Shown one piece after another: positions 1-9,791 of a stretch of 32,000 nucleotides of DNA. A program made the translations under genes and the position numbers. Every line of letters begins with the position of its first letter. The first letter of the stretch is position 1. The notes beneath the pieces were generated by a model. It worked only from the letters and a program-made list of their open reading frames with translations, searched no databases and had not been told where the DNA came from. The DNA comes from Collibacillus ludicampi (GTDB lineage: Bacteria > Bacillota > Bacilli > Tumebacillales > BOQE01), in assembly GCF_023705585.1 (NCBI RefSeq), contig NZ_BOQE01000001.1, positions 337,642 to 369,641 of the forward strand, given 5' to 3'.

Positions 1-734
1 CTCCTTTATGTTTCGCATCTGCGTATGGTCCCGGATGGTTAATCGCTGGAACTTGGCAGATTACCATTGTCTCAGGTTCTCTACTGGCTCCATTTTTTTA
101 TGAATCCGTTCAATCCCCAAATGGAGTGATAAAAATGAAAGGAACAATCCCGTTGAAGGGACTTTCCATGTCATTCATTATCCTTTTGGGAATCGCTCTC
201 ATGCAAGTAGAGCAAGCGAGACATCTCTCTGTAAAAGATTTGTGTTTTGGTGTATTACCTGTAATCGTTGCATCTTTCGCATATCCACTTGGGAATCGCA
301 AAATGATGGAGTTATGTCAAGATCGTTTAGATTCTTATCAACGGGTCTTAGGCATGACGCTTGCGAGCATACCTTTTTGGTTACTGATTTCTATAGTTGG
401 TTTGTTTACAGATGGACTTCCAAGTCGAGGACAGATCGCACAGTCTCTAATTGTTGCCATTTCTTCGGGTATAGTTGCCACTGTTTTATTTTTCAGAGCT
501 ACTGATATGGTGAAAGACAATATACAAAAGTTAGCTTCTGTAGAAGCAACCCAATCCTTGGAAGTATTGTTTACTGTACTAGGAGAATTAGTGTTGTTTG
601 CTCGTCCAGCTCCAGCTTTCTTGTCTTGGATCGGCATGTTTCTTGTCATCATTGGTATGGTTATGCATAGTTATGTTTCACAAAAGAAAGCGCCGGTAAA
701 GATTCCAACAACTAACTCATCAAAAGCACTATAA
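1..734 (+). CDS. Multidrug resistance efflux transporter family (DMT/EmrE-like) protein, 5'-truncated by the window edge
   Basis: Track ORF begins at GTG 126, but the same frame is open back to base 3 (PLCFASAYGPGWLIAGTWQITIVSGSLLAPFFYESVQSPNG-VIKMKG...). Multiple hydrophobic helices in DMT style. Confidence 0.75.
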   Translation, partial: PLCFASAYGPGWLIAGTWQITIVSGSLLAPFFYESVQSPNGVIKMKGTIPLKGLSMSFIILLGIALMQVEQARHLSVKDLCFGVLPVIVASFAYPLGNRKMMELCQDRLDSYQRVLGMTLASIPFWLLISIVGLFTDGLPSRGQIAQSLIVAISSGIVATVLFFRATDMVKDNIQKLASVEATQSLEVLFTVLGELVLFARPAPAFLSWIGMFLVIIGMVMHSYVSQKKAPVKIPTTNSSKAL

Positions 735-869
735 ATCAATTTTAAAAGTCAAAAATTTTTTTCAGGCTCATCCGAATATCTGTGGGAAGTGGAGTCAGTC
801 GATTGTACTGATTTTCCCAAAAAGTGTAGAATGGAAAGAGAATTGTATATGTATAAGGGAGGGGTTACG

Positions 870-1127
870 GTGCCGGCAGAGCGCACATGGCACAACCTGG
901 AGCTTCCTGAAGAGGCACAACTGGTTCGAAAAGAATTATTCGAATACAGCAGTGACAAGGGAGACTTCATCATCGAATTATTTGAAAATGTAAAAGGTGA
1001 ATATTACGCGATAGGTACTCCACGCCATTCTGACAAACTGATCATTTATGGTTCGCCCGTGATGAGCGATTCATTTATGGCTATGCAAACCGTAATCGAA
1101 AAAATCGAGCGAGAAGGTGCCTGTTAG
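870..1127 (+). CDS. Small hypothetical protein (about 85 aa)
   Basis: Part of ORF 789..1127. GTG at 870 is preceded by AAGGGAGGGG, a good RBS. Sequence VPAERTWHNLELPEEAQLVRKELF... looks like real protein. Confidence 0.6.
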   Translation: MPAERTWHNLELPEEAQLVRKELFEYSSDKGDFIIELFENVKGEYYAIGTPRHSDKLIIYGSPVMSDSFMAMQTVIEKIEREGAC

Positions 1128-1150
1128 TTTTGTCAATTTGAAATTGGCTA

Positions 1151-1373
1151 CCTTGAAAATGAGTGCTTGGGTGGGTGTATTGCTTTGCGCTTGGGTTCGA
1201 TGAAGGTCGTCCCGCCGGGATTCTTAACAGAGGTTGCGGAACGACCTTCAACTCACCTCTTCGTCGCAAAGCGATACAACCCACCCAAAAGCCACTCCGT
1301 TTCTTGAGATAGCCTTATACTTCTTCCCTCACAAGAAACTTTTCATCCTCTGATGGCGCCGCTTGCGGCATGG
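1151..1373 (+). repeat. Structured interspersed repeat, copy A
   Basis: CTTGAAAAT start. Outer arms TGGGTGGGTGTATTGCTTTGCG (1168-1189) and CGCAAAGCGATACAACCCACCCA (1265-1287). Inner arms TGAAGGTCGT (1201-1210) and ACGACCTTCA (1241-1250). Tail ACTTTTCATCCTCTGATGGCGCCGCTTGCGGCATGG (1338-1373) is shared with copy C. Confidence 0.8.
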
Positions 1374-1425
1374 AGGGCCGTATCAAGAGTGCCGCCCTGG
1401 AGCAAATTCATCTTTCTTGGCTATG

Positions 1426-2505
1426 TTACGATTTGAGCCATTCCACCGTTTTCTGATCGAGCTTTTTCACAACGGCAGCCAACAATTTTGCCGCATGATG
1501 CAGATCGTCATGATGAATGATTGACGCATGACTATGGATATAGCGTGTAGGAAAACCGATCACCAGTGAGGGAACACCTTGGTGTACAAGATGAGCGCGC
1601 CCCGCGTCAGTTCCTCCACCGGAAATCGCATCATACTGATAAGGGATTCCTTCTTCTTCCGCCGTATCTATGACGAGATCACGCAGCTTTGTATGCGGCA
1701 CCATCGAGCCGTCATAGATCACAATCGTCGGGCCTTTCCCGCACTTGGCGTTCGGCATGTTTGCAGAGTCGGCAATCCCCGGCGTGTCCCCCGCGATACC
1801 TACATCCAAAGCAAAAAATACATCAGGTTCGATCATATATGTACTCGTTTGTGCACCGCGAAGACCTACTTCTTCCTGAACAGTGGCCCCGCTGTAGACC
1901 ACATTGGGGTGGTCAATTCCTTGCAAGTTTTTTAATACCTCAATGGCGACCGCACAGCCGGCACGGTTATCGAGAGCTTTTGCCATGTACATTTTTTCGT
2001 TTGCCATTACGGTAAATGGACAAATCGGTACGATTGGATCTCCGGGACGAATTCCCATCTCTTTGGCATGTTCGTCACTCGTGGCGCTTACATCGATAAA
2101 CATATGCTTGATATCGACAACCTTGTTTCTCTCTTCAGGCGGTAAAACATGCGGCGGCTTGGAACCGATCACACCGATGATATCCCCTTTGCGCGTTTTG
2201 ATTTTCACGCGCTGTGCCAGCATGACTTGAGACCACCACCCTCCGAGCGTTTGAAATTTGATAAAACCATCTTTCGTTATATGGGTCACAATAAATCCGA
2301 TCTCGTCCATGTGCCCCATCATCATGACCTTGGGACCGCCCGCCAGCCCTACCTTACGTCCTACGATGCTTCCCAGGTTATCTGTATACACTTCATCGGT
2401 GAGTGGCTTTAAATACGCCTGCATCAATTCGCGTATTTCTTGTTCCTGTCCCGGGACGCCCGAGGCCTCCGTCAGTTCCTTCAAAATGGTTGTCAGATCC
2501 TTCAT
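1426..2505 (-). CDS. M42 family metallopeptidase (glutamyl aminopeptidase/endoglucanase-like)
   Basis: 359 aa: [68 protein letters not shown] are typical M42 motifs. Confidence 0.93.
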   Translation of the reverse strand: MKDLTTILKELTEASGVPGQEQEIRELMQAYLKPLTDEVYTDNLGSIVGRKVGLAGGPKVMMMGHMDEIGFIVTHITKDGFIKFQTLGGWWSQVMLAQRVKIKTRKGDIIGVIGSKPPHVLPPEERNKVVDIKHMFIDVSATSDEHAKEMGIRPGDPIVPICPFTVMANEKMYMAKALDNRAGCAVAIEVLKNLQGIDHPNVVYSGATVQEEVGLRGAQTSTYMIEPDVFFALDVGIAGDTPGIADSANMPNAKCGKGPTIVIYDGSMVPHTKLRDLVIDTAEEEGIPYQYDAISGGGTDAGRAHLVHQGVPSLVIGFPTRYIHSHASIIHHDDLHHAAKLLAAVVKKLDQKTVEWLKS

Positions 2506-2757
2506 GATATCGCCCTCTTTCAGCTACTTTTCCTTATTTTACAAAACAGGATTTGATTTGTATATATCTTAGCCCCATTGCAACACTGCCAATCCCCCCG
2601 AATATACTTAAGCAAACGTAGTGTGTAATAATACGAGCCTCTTCATACCCATTTTAATCGCAACCTGGCTTTGAAAAATGTGTTCTCTTATGCGGGCGAA
2701 ACAAATGCGGCATGAGTGGTTACCGTGAAAATTGATGAACTGGCGAGGAGGATTCTC

Positions 2758-3090
2758 ATGGTTTCAATGATTCCTATGACCGTTGACGGGCAAACGGTCA
2801 TCGGTATTCATGTAGCCCTTCCCAAAACCAATCTGCTCGCGATTACAACGAACATTGGATACATCATGTGCGGGGCGCTTGATATCCAACTGTTAAATGA
2901 ACGTCTGAGCGAGAGGGAAATCATTGCGGCAAGGATGGTTGGTGTAAAAACGCTTGAGGAACTTTTGAAAGGAACGGTGGAATCTTCAACATTTAAGGCA
3001 CAGGAACTCGGAATCGTTCCCGGAACAAGCGGACGCGAAGCATTGCGTATCATGCTCTCGGCACAAACGAACACCCCTGCACGCTCTTGA
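2758..3090 (+). CDS. YunC-like DUF1805 family protein
   Basis: ORF 2716..3090; ATG 2758 follows GAGGAGG. VALPKTNLLAITTNIGYIMCGALDIQLLNE...GVKTLEELL...GIVPGTSGREAL resembles B. subtilis YunC. Confidence 0.8.
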   Translation: MVSMIPMTVDGQTVIGIHVALPKTNLLAITTNIGYIMCGALDIQLLNERLSEREIIAARMVGVKTLEELLKGTVESSTFKAQELGIVPGTSGREALRIMLSAQTNTPARS

Positions 3091-3265
3091 ATATATGCGG
3101 CCAACGGGAGTATGCTTCGCTTTGATTCGGTGAGGTCGTCTCAGCGGGTATATGCTTTGCGCTTATGCTCCGTGAAGGTCGTCTCGCATATATTAATATT
3201 CAAAAGTTGCGAGACGATCTTCAAAGTCGCTATTACGTGCGAAGCATATGACCTCTTAATATATC
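3086..3265 (+). repeat. Structured interspersed repeat, copy B (apparently a nested or composite copy)
   Basis: Starts CTTGA over the yunC stop codon. Degenerate left arm GGGAGTATGCTTCGC...GAGGTCGTCTC is followed by a second left arm GGGTATATGCTTTGCG...TGCTCCGTGAAGGTCGTCTCG (3174-3186) pairing with CGAGACGATCTTC (3210-3222), then AAAGTCGCTATTACGTGCGAAGCATATG. Confidence 0.75.
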
Positions 3266-3314
3266 AAAGAAGCGGAACAACCTTACCTCAATGAATCAGA
3301 TCGGTTCTAAGACC

Positions 3315-4132
3315 TTAGGCAGACGTTCTCGCTGCCTCCAACAGAGCATCCAGCAAAGACCGTAATTTTCCCTTTTCCTCCTCAGGTATAGTTTCAGAGA
3401 GTCGGGCCGCAGTAATTGGCAGCATCCATTCGTTGATCTGATCAATGGCCGAGCCGGAGATTTCCAAATACCTGTTTACATATTTATTGCAAATCCGCTT
3501 TCGTAATGATGGAATCAATAACTTAACAATTGCGGGTAGTCCTGATGGTAAAGCACCGTATTTCAGTATCAGAATGGTTCGGGCGACATCAGCTAAAGGA
3601 TTCCCGCTGGTTCCGGTCGTCCAGTCAATAATGACGGGACCTTGACGAGTCAACATGATATTATCAGGATGAAAATCCCCATGGCATATTTGATTTCCGT
3701 CAGGCAACCGATCGAGGTGCTCTCGAATCAATTGTTTATCGCTGTCCGTTAAACAGTCCACCTGTTCAATTCTTGCTCTTACGATATTCTTTTGTGAAGG
3801 TAAGCCGCTGCTTTCGGTTTTATGTAATTCATAATGAAGTTCGGCTAACCTTTTCGCTTCTTTGTCGACATTCCACAGATTCCTGGATATGTACGAAGTC
3901 ATCGTGATCCCAACTATTCGCTCATATACAATCCCTTTTTTTCCTTCGACGTCAACCATTCCAAAGACTTTCGGGACAGGAAGACCGAGTTTATCTACCG
4001 CCTGGCTCACATTCAGTTCGTGGTCAATAATGAACTGGGGGATTGTTTTATAGAAAAGCTTTACGATTTCATATTCTCCCCAAGCATAAATTTCAGCCGT
4101 GTAACCCTGACCGATTTTGGCCCTTTATTCAA
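3315..4132 (-). pseudogene. Aminoglycoside phosphotransferase (APH) family protein with apparent 5' frameshift
   Basis: ORF 3315..4010 contains ICHGDFHPDNIMLTRQGPVIIDWTTGTSGNPLADVART (APH catalytic motifs). Upstream, the same frame reads KIGQGYTAEIYAWGEYEIVKLFYKTIPQFIIDHELNVSQAV with no start codon. The plausible start (TTG 4132 after GAGAGGGG) is in another frame, offset by one base at an A-run (4115-4118). Confidence 0.65.
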
Positions 4133-4306
4133 GCAAGTTCCCCTCTCACGATTCGATGAATAGTCCGAATGATTTTTCAAGCCTTGTTTTCCAATTTCTG
4201 TGATGCTTATGGTATTCATACTACATAATACCAAAGAGTTCCTCCCCACTCAATGTAAATTCATATGTTTCAAATTATTCGTTTTTTATGAGCGATAGCG
4301 AATAAA

Positions 4307-4335
4307 AAAACGAGACGTGTTTGACGTCTCGTTTT
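4307..4335 (-). terminator. Rho-independent terminator
   Basis: AAAACGAGACGT...ACGTCTCGTTTT perfect stem with T/A tracts on both sides, downstream of the GT2 gene; probably bidirectional. Confidence 0.8.
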
Positions 4336-4354
4336 TACTGAAGTTCAATCCCAA

Positions 4355-5599
4355 TCAGTGAGAGATCTCCTCTAAACGAACAGCGCGAGTATGCACCGTG
4401 TGGCTCCATTCCCTGTTATTCCGGGTGAAATATCCTGCAACCGTGACTGGAAACCAAGTAAATACGAATAGAGGGAAGATAATCAGACCTAAATACGCTT
4501 TCCAAGGAACGCGTTCAAGCAACATGGCCAACGGCATCTGCAGATAAAGAAGCACGTTCACAACAATCCAGAACCAGTTCGGCAGGATCGCCGACAGGTT
4601 GGTCAATTGGAAAAACTCAGGATAACCGACTTGCAAGTAAAGCATGATCGATGTGAACAACACGATCAAAAGACGCATCGGCTGGAACAAGTACAATGCC
4701 GAATCAAACATGGACAAGTTTCGTGTAACAATCGCTTTGCGGAGCAGAGGGAACATGTATTTACGTGCACAGTCAAAATGCCCCTGCATCCAGCGAATCC
4801 GTTGACGCATAGAAGCCTTCAAAGTCAAAGGTTTCTCATCGTATACTTTCGCGTTATGTGCCCATACAGGATTAATGCCACGATCCACGCAACGCACGGT
4901 GAACTCCAGATCCTCTGTGAGGCTGGTAGCCCCCCATCCGATCTCTTTCAGGAGTGCCGTTTCGATGCAAATCCCGGTACCGCCTAGAGCATTCGGTAAA
5001 TTTAAATTATATCGGGCCAATTGCCACATACGGTTGGTAAACCAGTAGGCGACGGCGTACGAGATACTGATCCAGGAATCGAACGGGTTCTTCGTATCCA
5101 GGTACCCCTGAATCACACGCGCCCCCTGACATAACTTCTCGTTCATTTCACGGAGGAAGTTCTTCGCGACAAGGTTATCCGCGTCAAACATGACAACCGC
5201 ATCATACTCTTTCTCCATTTCCCAGAGGCGTTCTAACGCCCATTCGATCGCATAACCTTTCCCGCGTTTCTCTTTGTCATGACGTTCCAGTGCGATCGCA
5301 CCATGTTTTCTTACGATATCCGCCGTATGATCCGTGCAGTTATCGCAAATCACGAAGATATCATACATGTCTCTGGGATAATCAAGATTCTGTAGATTTT
5401 CGATCAGTGGCGCGATAACCTCTTCTTCGTTGTGCGCCGCAACAAGTACTGCAAATGTCTTCTCCGGTGGATTTTTTATTTCTTCACTTTTTTTCTTCAG
5501 CCCGGCCAGTGACAGCGCTACTTGGTAAGCACTAATCGCTCCAGTAAGCCCTTGTAATGCTATGAAAGCATCATTCGCCAGACTATGCAGAATCGACAT
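4355..5599 (-). CDS. Glycosyltransferase family 2, membrane-associated (cellulose synthase/NAG-transferase-like)
   Basis: FAVLVAAHNEEEVIAPLIENLQNLDYPRDMYDIFVICDNCTD...VVMFDADN...RQRIRWMQGH; C-terminal transmembrane helices. ATG 5599 preceded by GAGGGAG. Confidence 0.9.
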   Translation of the reverse strand: MSILHSLANDAFIALQGLTGAISAYQVALSLAGLKKKSEEIKNPPEKTFAVLVAAHNEEEVIAPLIENLQNLDYPRDMYDIFVICDNCTDHTADIVRKHGAIALERHDKEKRGKGYAIEWALERLWEMEKEYDAVVMFDADNLVAKNFLREMNEKLCQGARVIQGYLDTKNPFDSWISISYAVAYWFTNRMWQLARYNLNLPNALGGTGICIETALLKEIGWGATSLTEDLEFTVRCVDRGINPVWAHNAKVYDEKPLTLKASMRQRIRWMQGHFDCARKYMFPLLRKAIVTRNLSMFDSALYLFQPMRLLIVLFTSIMLYLQVGYPEFFQLTNLSAILPNWFWIVVNVLLYLQMPLAMLLERVPWKAYLGLIIFPLFVFTWFPVTVAGYFTRNNREWSHTVHTRAVRLEEISH

Positions 5600-5909
5600 T
5601 GAAAACTCCCTCACTTTTTTTCGTGTGGCGTTTTTCCAATTTCGTTAAGATTCTACCACAACTTCAGCTTCTAAGAAACCTTGTTCATTCAATAACTTAC
5701 TATAACATTTATATATTTCACGTACAAGTAGATTCCATTGTTTCGAAAAATCCATTCTTTTACTTGCTCGAACGTTTTCTTGGTTACACTCTCCAAGTCT
5801 ATGATTGTTCGAATCTCGGTAGTACCCGGATGCGATTATTACAAGAGGGAAGATTCTTCTGAGAAAATCGTGTACAATGGGGAGGTGAATATATGTAGCA
5901 GAGGGTGAA

Positions 5910-6521
5910 ATGATGAGTCATCTGTTGGAGTATTTGGCCCATGTAACGAGTGACATCGTTGCAGGAGCCGGGTATTGGGGCATTTTCGTTGCTATGTTCG
6001 TTGAAAGCATGGGTATTCCTTTACCGAGCGAAGTCACCATGCCCTACGGAGGATATCTTGTTTCCTTGGGGAAACTCGGATTCTGGCCTGTCGTCATCGC
6101 CGGGACGATCGGGAATATTTTAGGTTCCCTTGTGTTTTATATCATCGGTGCTACAGGGGGAAGGGTCTTTCTCAAGAAATTCGGTAAATATATTTTGTTT
6201 AACGAAAAACATTTGGATACGGCAGATCGGTGGTTCTCCCACTACGGTGAAGCGACCGTATTCTTCGGCCGTCTATTGCCTGTGGTACGCACATATATCT
6301 CTCTCCCTGCTGGCATCTCTCGCATGCCGCTCGGCAAATTTTTATTTTACAGCACGATCGGTGTCATCCCTTGGTGCTGGTTATTTACTTACATCGGCAT
6401 CAAGCTTGGACAAAATTGGGAAGAAATTCACGGGATCTTTCACTATCTCAACTATGTGGTCTTACTCATCGTCATTCTCATCTTGCTTCTCTTTTGGAAA
6501 AAAGGTCTGCGCAAACGGTGA
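5910..6521 (+). CDS. DedA family membrane protein
   Basis: FVESMGIPLPSEVTMPYGGYL...GNILGSLVFYIIGATGG...VFFGRLLPVVRTYISLPAGISRMP. Confidence 0.93.
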   Translation: MMSHLLEYLAHVTSDIVAGAGYWGIFVAMFVESMGIPLPSEVTMPYGGYLVSLGKLGFWPVVIAGTIGNILGSLVFYIIGATGGRVFLKKFGKYILFNEKHLDTADRWFSHYGEATVFFGRLLPVVRTYISLPAGISRMPLGKFLFYSTIGVIPWCWLFTYIGIKLGQNWEEIHGIFHYLNYVVLLIVILILLLFWKKGLRKR

Positions 6522-6545
6522 TCGCCGTTTGTACAGACCTTTCTC
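6503..6545 (+). terminator. Terminator-like hairpin overlapping the end of the dedA-like CDS
   Basis: AGGTCTGCGCAAACGG-TGATCG-CCGTTTGTACAGACCT followed by TTC; long imperfect stem with a weak T tract. Confidence 0.5.
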
Positions 6546-6603
6546 CATAACGATTCTTTCTCCCGAACTGCTCAACCTTTTATCCTGTTTTCAATAGAGC
6601 CCT

Positions 6604-7779
6604 CTATACAGACGAGTCTTCACTCGTCTGAACAAGTTTCTGAAAATAAAAAAGCAGAAGTAAAGCGACTATAGACATGATCGCTCCTGAATAATAGGGC
6701 AAAGTCATTCCTTTCGCGTAAAGAAGGCCGCCGACCGGGGGACCGGCGATTCTGCCCAGAGAATCGAGTGATCCTAATAATCCCAACGCATTCCCCTGCC
6801 CAAATGTCGTCCGTTTTGAGATCAATGCACTGACGCTCGGTCGAATCATTCCGTTTCCGGCTCCAAATACAGCCAGGAAAATGGCGCCTGTTACCATATC
6901 GGTCACCCTGACGATCAATAAAAATCCGATCGCCGATACCAGTAAGCCGATCTGGATCACGCGGTCTTCACCGAAGCGCTTGATCAGCTTGCCGATCAAT
7001 CCTCCTTGAATAAAGGCGCCAACGACCCCCATGACCACAAACACATATCCCAATTGGACAGAAGTCATATGCAACTTATCGACAGCATAGAAAGCAAATG
7101 TGCTTTCAAGACCGGCCAGAGAAAAGCTCACAACGAACGACATGATATACAGATAGGCGAGAGAGCCACGAAATGCTGACCAGCGGGACGTTTTTTTACC
7201 AGGTGATTGGCGCTTCTCTTTCGGTAATGATTCTTTCAGAACGATCGACGCGACGATAAACGTTAACGCGGCTAACATCCCCGCGAAGAGAAACGGTTTA
7301 TCGTAACCCCATTTGGATAAAGAACCGCCAATGGCAGGACCAAAAATAAAACCTAGACCTGCCGCCGCACCGATCATCCCCATCCCTTTTCCGCGCGTCT
7401 CTTCTGTGGTTATGTCAGCCACGTAAGCCATCGCGGTCGGCATCGCAGCAGCTGACAAGGCTCCTGCCAGGATTCTCGAAACGAACAGTTGCCACAATTC
7501 CGTCGCTAGACCAAAAGCGACGTACGCGATACCAAATCCAAACAATCCGATCAACATCACAGGTTTTCTGCCCATCCGGTCGGAGATATTTCCCCATATG
7601 GGTGAAAAAAGCAAGTTCATGAAAGAATAGGTAGCCATGAGCCAACCGAGAGTCAGAGAACTGGCACCAAGTTCGCGTGCATACAAAGGAAGAACCGGAA
7701 TGACAATGCCGAAACCGAGCATGACCAAAAACATGACGAGAAAAAGGACGGGCAAGGCTTTTCGGGTAGAACTCATCAT
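6604..7779 (-). CDS. MFS transporter (TetA/Bmr-type drug:H+ antiporter-like)
   Basis: MLGFGIVIPVLPLYARELGASSLTLGWLMATYSFMNLLFSPIWGNISDRMGRKPVMLIGLFGFG...; 12-TM style. Confidence 0.92.
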   Translation of the reverse strand: MMSSTRKALPVLFLVMFLVMLGFGIVIPVLPLYARELGASSLTLGWLMATYSFMNLLFSPIWGNISDRMGRKPVMLIGLFGFGIAYVAFGLATELWQLFVSRILAGALSAAAMPTAMAYVADITTEETRGKGMGMIGAAAGLGFIFGPAIGGSLSKWGYDKPFLFAGMLAALTFIVASIVLKESLPKEKRQSPGKKTSRWSAFRGSLAYLYIMSFVVSFSLAGLESTFAFYAVDKLHMTSVQLGYVFVVMGVVGAFIQGGLIGKLIKRFGEDRVIQIGLLVSAIGFLLIVRVTDMVTGAIFLAVFGAGNGMIRPSVSALISKRTTFGQGNALGLLGSLDSLGRIAGPPVGGLLYAKGMTLPYYSGAIMSIVALLLLFYFQKLVQTSEDSSV

Positions 7780-7867
7780 CCCTCACCTCACTCTCCGTGT
7801 TCGATTTACACGTACTCGATCATTCATCATTTTCGTCTTCAAACTCTCACTTTCCAGCGCAGATCTC

Positions 7868-9136
7868 TTATCGTTGTAGCTTATGTAACAACTCGACAAG
7901 CGTATGCCGATCATGATTTGCCTCGACCAGGTCTTTCGGATAATAGAAACGATGATACACTTCAGGAACCAATGAATGAATGAGTTTAGATGCTTCGCAT
8001 ACATCACGAAGTCTCCCGTCATCCCCCACATATTTTATCCCTTGTTTATAAAGATACCCTCCTGTGGAGATCGCTTTGTAAGACAAATAAGAGTCTGAAG
8101 GAATGCCGGCATCGTCAAAAGCATGTTGAATTTCAAGGAGAGTATCCACATCCAATGGGTGCCGACAAGCGACTGAAGAGAGTAAACGTCTGTCGCGAAA
8201 CCTAGCCGCCAAATCACGGAGCGAAAGGTCTTCTTCTTCCCTCCAGCATGAAAATGCATAATGCATGACCGTGTCATCCAACTGCAGAAACTCCTCAACT
8301 GTGATTTCCGATTCCGGTTTTTCAAAGAATGGAACCAATTCTTTTGGACAATACTTCAGTTGTCCCTCCTGGAACAGATCACGGGCACGGCTTAAAATTT
8401 TCCCTAAAAGCACGTCGCTTCCAATGGTCGTGGAATGAAGATACACCTGTGTATACATGAAGTAGCGTGCCAACAAATACTGTTCGACCGTATGCATCCC
8501 GGATTGCTTGATAACAATATCATGCCCGAATGGTCTCATGATTCGTATCAGACGCTCCAACTCAAACCGTCCGTACGTCACGCCTGTATGTAACGCATCA
8601 CGCAACAGATAATCCATGCGGTCAACATCCATTTCTGAGGCGATGAGACGCTCCAACAGGGGAAATTTCTGCCCTTTACTGATCACGGAGAGAAGGTCGG
8701 AAGGGAAATCTGTATCGATCTGAGACAAGATGCCGTGAATCTCGCGATCCTCCATGAGAATACGCCTCGTCCACGTTTCATGGTGGGTTTTGAAAACGCC
8801 CTCGAATGCATGAGAAAAGGGTCCGTGCCCGATGTCATGAAGCAACGCGGAAGCCAGAGCCAATCGTACCATTCTCTCATCTTGCGGCCAATTATGATTG
8901 CGGGAAAAATGGGAGAGCACTTGCCGCATGATTTCATAGGTTCCCAACGAATGTGTAAATCGGCTATGTTCAGCTCCGTGAAACACAAGAAACGATGTTC
9001 CCATTTGCCGGATCCTGCGAAGCCGTTGGAATGCACGTGTGTTTATTAATGACCAAACGAACGGGTCTTTGACATAAATGTAATCGTGCACAGGATCTTT
9101 AAATACTTTTTCTTCGCGAAAATGCAGGTCGGCCAC
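7868..9136 (-). CDS. HD domain-containing protein (dNTPase/phosphohydrolase-like, YwfO-type)
   Basis: VFHGAEHSRFTHSLGTYEIM...LASALLHDIGHGPFSHAFE...SEMDVDRMDYLLRDALHTGVTYGRFE. Confidence 0.9.
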   Translation of the reverse strand: MADLHFREEKVFKDPVHDYIYVKDPFVWSLINTRAFQRLRRIRQMGTSFLVFHGAEHSRFTHSLGTYEIMRQVLSHFSRNHNWPQDERMVRLALASALLHDIGHGPFSHAFEGVFKTHHETWTRRILMEDREIHGILSQIDTDFPSDLLSVISKGQKFPLLERLIASEMDVDRMDYLLRDALHTGVTYGRFELERLIRIMRPFGHDIVIKQSGMHTVEQYLLARYFMYTQVYLHSTTIGSDVLLGKILSRARDLFQEGQLKYCPKELVPFFEKPESEITVEEFLQLDDTVMHYAFSCWREEEDLSLRDLAARFRDRRLLSSVACRHPLDVDTLLEIQHAFDDAGIPSDSYLSYKAISTGGYLYKQGIKYVGDDGRLRDVCEASKLIHSLVPEVYHRFYYPKDLVEANHDRHTLVELLHKLQR

Positions 9137-9304
9137 GCTTCTCCCCCCTGCTTAAACATTTGTAGTCATTCAGATTGAACACCATAAACCTAGTTTACCA
9201 TATTTAGGGTGGCTGTTTAACCTCTTTTGCGGCCATGGTATTTTTGAGAAATAATTCGTATAATGATTGGAGACGACTATCTCTTGCGAGAAGGAGCAAA
9301 AACG

Positions 9305-9742
9305 ATGATAGTGAACCGGGAACGTTTCCTTGAACTCCTCGAACAGATCACTCCGGAACAACAGGAAGATCTGTTGCGCTTGATGGAAAAATGGGCGGCT
9401 ATGCCGAAACCGGGTCATAACGCGACGGATGGGGAGCTATCACCTTCTCACTCTGTGTTATCCAATCCCATTCTCTCTAAGGAATGGCATTGCTTGTCCG
9501 CGTTGAAGAAAGTGGTTGAAAAACATTTTCCGGCCCAGATTGAACTTGCATATATCGCTTTCCATCCTGACTTAAACAGTATCTCGACTGCCAAGACGAA
9601 ACCCGCGGCACGTAAAATGTACGCATTGGAAGCCGCCTATGAATTAAAAAGCATCCTTGAACATTCACCGGATTCCGACCTTTTGGACGAGGATGTACTC
9701 AAAACATTACATGATTATCTGCACTTAAAACATGATGACTAA
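9305..9742 (+). CDS. Hypothetical protein (about 145 aa)
   Basis: ORF 9263..9742; internal Met at 9305 (MIVNRERFLELLEQITPEQQEDLLRLMEKW). Charged, soluble protein with codon usage consistent with real coding. Confidence 0.6.
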   Translation: MIVNRERFLELLEQITPEQQEDLLRLMEKWAAMPKPGHNATDGELSPSHSVLSNPILSKEWHCLSALKKVVEKHFPAQIELAYIAFHPDLNSISTAKTKPAARKMYALEAAYELKSILEHSPDSDLLDEDVLKTLHDYLHLKHDD

Positions 9743-9744
9743 AG

Positions 9745-9782
9745 ACAAAGAGCGTATCTCAGAAGCAAGATACGCTCTTTGT
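9745..9782. terminator. Convergent/bidirectional terminator-like hairpin
   Basis: Perfect 15-bp stem ACAAAGAGCGTATCT...AGATACGCTCTTTGT between convergent genes. Confidence 0.6.
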
Positions 9783-9791
9783 TATGCAGGT

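Noticed and set aside
4061-4249. Small minus-strand ORF 4061..4249 as an independent gene
   Set aside because: Its downstream half is the APH gene's 5' sequence read in the shifted frame (LNKGPKSVRV...), so it is better explained by the frameshift.
6606-6632. Hairpin CAGACGAGTCTTCACTCGTCTG at the end of the MFS gene
   Set aside because: A perfect stem but lying inside the last codons and lacking a T tract on the minus strand. It may be a weak terminator, but I could not support it as a feature.
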